Of a stretch of DNA of 64,000 nt, positions 62,969 through 64,000 are shown one piece after another. The notes under the pieces were generated by a model, which saw only the letters and a list, made by a program, of their open reading frames with translations, was not told where the DNA came from and made no database searches. The DNA is from Coriobacteriales bacterium. GTDB taxonomy: Bacteria > Actinomycetota > Coriobacteriia > Coriobacteriales > UBA8131. The position numbers and the translations under genes are program-made. Each line of letters opens with the position of its first letter. Positions within the stretch are counted from its first letter, which is position 1. The stretch is taken from NCBI GenBank assembly GCA_031264075.1, contig JAISEO010000099.1:13666-77665 (forward strand), in the 5' to 3' direction.

Positions 62969-63287
62969 CAAGAATGAATTGTTGATTGGACGGATTGTCA
63001 CCGAAATTGACTTCGTGCTTGATGCCTCGCGGCATATGACCGAAAGCGACTTCGCAAGCGATGCCTACGCGCAGCACGCATTGACAATGGCAGTACTCAA
63101 TATAGGCGAGTTGACAGCACATACAAGCGATGATTATCGCGCAAGCCATGCAGAGATTCCCTGGCGTCAGATGATTGGCTTCAGAAACGCCGCCGCGCAT
63201 AGCTACGATGGCCTCGATATGCAGATTGTCTGGAAAACGATTCGAGAGGATCTTCCAGAACTGAAAACCCTACTGCTGAGTCTCTGA
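62961..63287 (+). CDS. HepT-like (DUF86/HEPN) ribonuclease toxin
   Basis: R-x4-H-x-Y HEPN motif in ...IGFRNAAAHSYDGLD... Confidence 0.88.
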   Translation: MADKNELLIGRIVTEIDFVLDASRHMTESDFASDAYAQHALTMAVLNIGELTAHTSDDYRASHAEIPWRQMIGFRNAAAHSYDGLDMQIVWKTIREDLPELKTLLLSL

Positions 63288-63317
63288 GGTTGTGCATTCG
63301 TTTTTCTGCCTGAACCG

Positions 63318-63536
63318 TCAGGTTGCTACAATTATTGAATCCCTTACCTGTGAGGTTCCTCGGTCGTTGGGCCTGGCTCCGAGCCCTGCTCCCGGCGTCT
63401 GATTCCAGCCACATTCGGGGCACACGTTTGTACCGCTCGGCATCCGAGTACCGCAGGCGAGACAGGTGACATCACCGAGGAACATCTCCGACTTGGGTCT
63501 GCCGCAGCCGCCGCAGCCCAAACATACATAGCACAT
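63318..63536 (-). CDS. Small Cys-rich zinc-ribbon protein
   Basis: MCYVCLGCGGCG...CLACGTRMPSGTNVCPECG contains multiple CxxC pairs. AAGGAG RBS lies 6 nt upstream. Confidence 0.55.
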   Translation of the reverse strand: MCYVCLGCGGCGRPKSEMFLGDVTCLACGTRMPSGTNVCPECGWNQTPGAGLGARPNDRGTSQVRDSIIVAT

Positions 63537-63568
63537 ACGGTTCTCCTTACACGCAATCGAACAGGGCC

Positions 63569-64000
63569 CTACTCACCAAAGCCCTCTCTCTCAGCACTCA
63601 GGGCCGCTGCCACCTGCTCCGGCATCTCATCCTCCTCATAGACGGGCGCCTTGCTCACCCCGTAGATTATCCAGCAGATAAGCCCGGCAATGACGGTGCC
63701 CACGAGCAGGGGGCTCACATTCTGCCAGGCTGGGGCGGCCAGGTTGCCCACGACGTAGCCCACGACCGGCGTGCACAGCAGATTGGAGACGCCCTGAAAG
63801 AAGATGATGATGGCCATACCAATGGGCATGGTGATCTTCTTGGGCATGGTCATGGGCACCATCGCCCACACCACGCCAGAAGTATAGCCGCTCTCCAGCC
63901 CCAAAAGCACCAGATACGCGGGCAGATACTCGTAGGGAATGAGGAAGGCTCCCGCGTACAGAAAGGCGATACAGCCGGCGATGATACACATTACCTTACG
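63569..64000 (-). CDS. MFS-type transporter, C-terminal part (gene continues beyond the window)
   Basis: Hydrophobic helices run to the window edge, followed by an acidic cytoplasmic tail ...YEEDEMPEQVAAALSAEREGFGE. The N-terminus is not in the window. Confidence 0.65.
   Translation of the reverse strand, partial: RKVMCIIAGCIAFLYAGAFLIPYEYLPAYLVLLGLESGYTSGVVWAMVPMTMPKKITMPIGMAIIIFFQGVSNLLCTPVVGYVVGNLAAPAWQNVSPLLVGTVIAGLICWIIYGVSKAPVYEEDEMPEQVAAALSAEREGFGE

Noticed and set aside
63344-63556. 70-aa alternative-frame ORF overlapping the zinc-ribbon ORF.
   Set aside because: The other frame (63318-63536) has paired CxxC motifs and an AAGGAG RBS at proper spacing. This frame is Arg/Ala-rich with no RBS.
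1-64000. Looked for tRNA, rRNA, prophage, integrase, reverse transcriptase, cas genes or known multi-gene defence systems.
   Set aside because: None was recognisable in any intergenic region or ORF translation. The only mobile-element-like gene is the Rpn/YhgA-type nuclease at 4511-5422.

Overview
This is a 64-kb, high-GC, densely coding chromosomal window with about 65 supportable genes. I saw no rRNA, tRNA or CRISPR array by eye. The gene content includes Tat-exported and cytoplasmic molybdopterin oxidoreductases, a Tat flavoprotein reductase, membrane-anchored LuxR-type regulators, a pentahaem NrfA, and Arg-rich tails on FtsQ and FtsW. That content fits an anaerobic Actinomycetota genome of the Coriobacteriia/Eggerthellaceae type, but this taxonomic guess is inference only.
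Layout:
- 0.1-4.3 kb: Rrf2 regulator and a padR-ABC-FtsX operon.
- 4.5-5.9 kb: Rpn nuclease/transposase-like gene and a repeat-rich intergenic region.
- 5.9-11.5 kb: CWB2 surface protein, a FecCD/FepC importer with no binding protein, and DUF2130.
- 11.5-14.8 kb: thpR and a padR-DUF1048-ABC2 operon.
- 15-22 kb: a mosaic (tag, ABC-F, DUF4160/DUF2442, PLP gamma-lyase family enzyme, EFR1-type ferredoxin, gene fragments) bracketed by two paralogous membrane-protein genes.
- 22.9-33.2 kb: a respiratory island. A CD1871A/NapH-like/TlpA operon converges on a torD-like / psrABC-like / rhodanese / rhodanese / nrfA operon.
- 33.2-38 kb: TetR, an alpha/beta hydrolase, and an AhpD-like/SDR/GPH-transporter cluster.
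- 38-41.7 kb: Tat flavoprotein reductase, membrane LuxR, and a flavoprotein gene remnant.
- 41.9-44.7 kb: GNAT and a decayed toxin-antitoxin islet (yafQ-dinJ, RhuM fragment, dinJ remnant, VbhA-Fic lacking its catalytic motif).
- 44.8-57.7 kb: GXWXG protein, bioY, and a split, partly inverted dcw cluster (ftsQ-murB-murC on minus; murJ; hybrid kinase; murD-ftsW-murG on plus).
- 57.7-62.4 kb: cytoplasmic molybdoenzyme, mini-ferredoxin and a second membrane LuxR.
- 62.7-63.3 kb: MNT/HepT pair, then a zinc-ribbon ORF and a partial MFS gene at the window edge.
The best candidates for new biology are:
- the seven-gene operon joining a Psr/Phs-type molybdoenzyme, two exported rhodaneses and a CxxCK NrfA with no NrfH;
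- the adjacent CXXC-peptide/NapH-like/TlpA operon;
- the two LuxR-associated orphan reductase modules.
All family calls come from motif-level reading of the supplied translations. No database search or computation was possible, and many start codons are uncertain.
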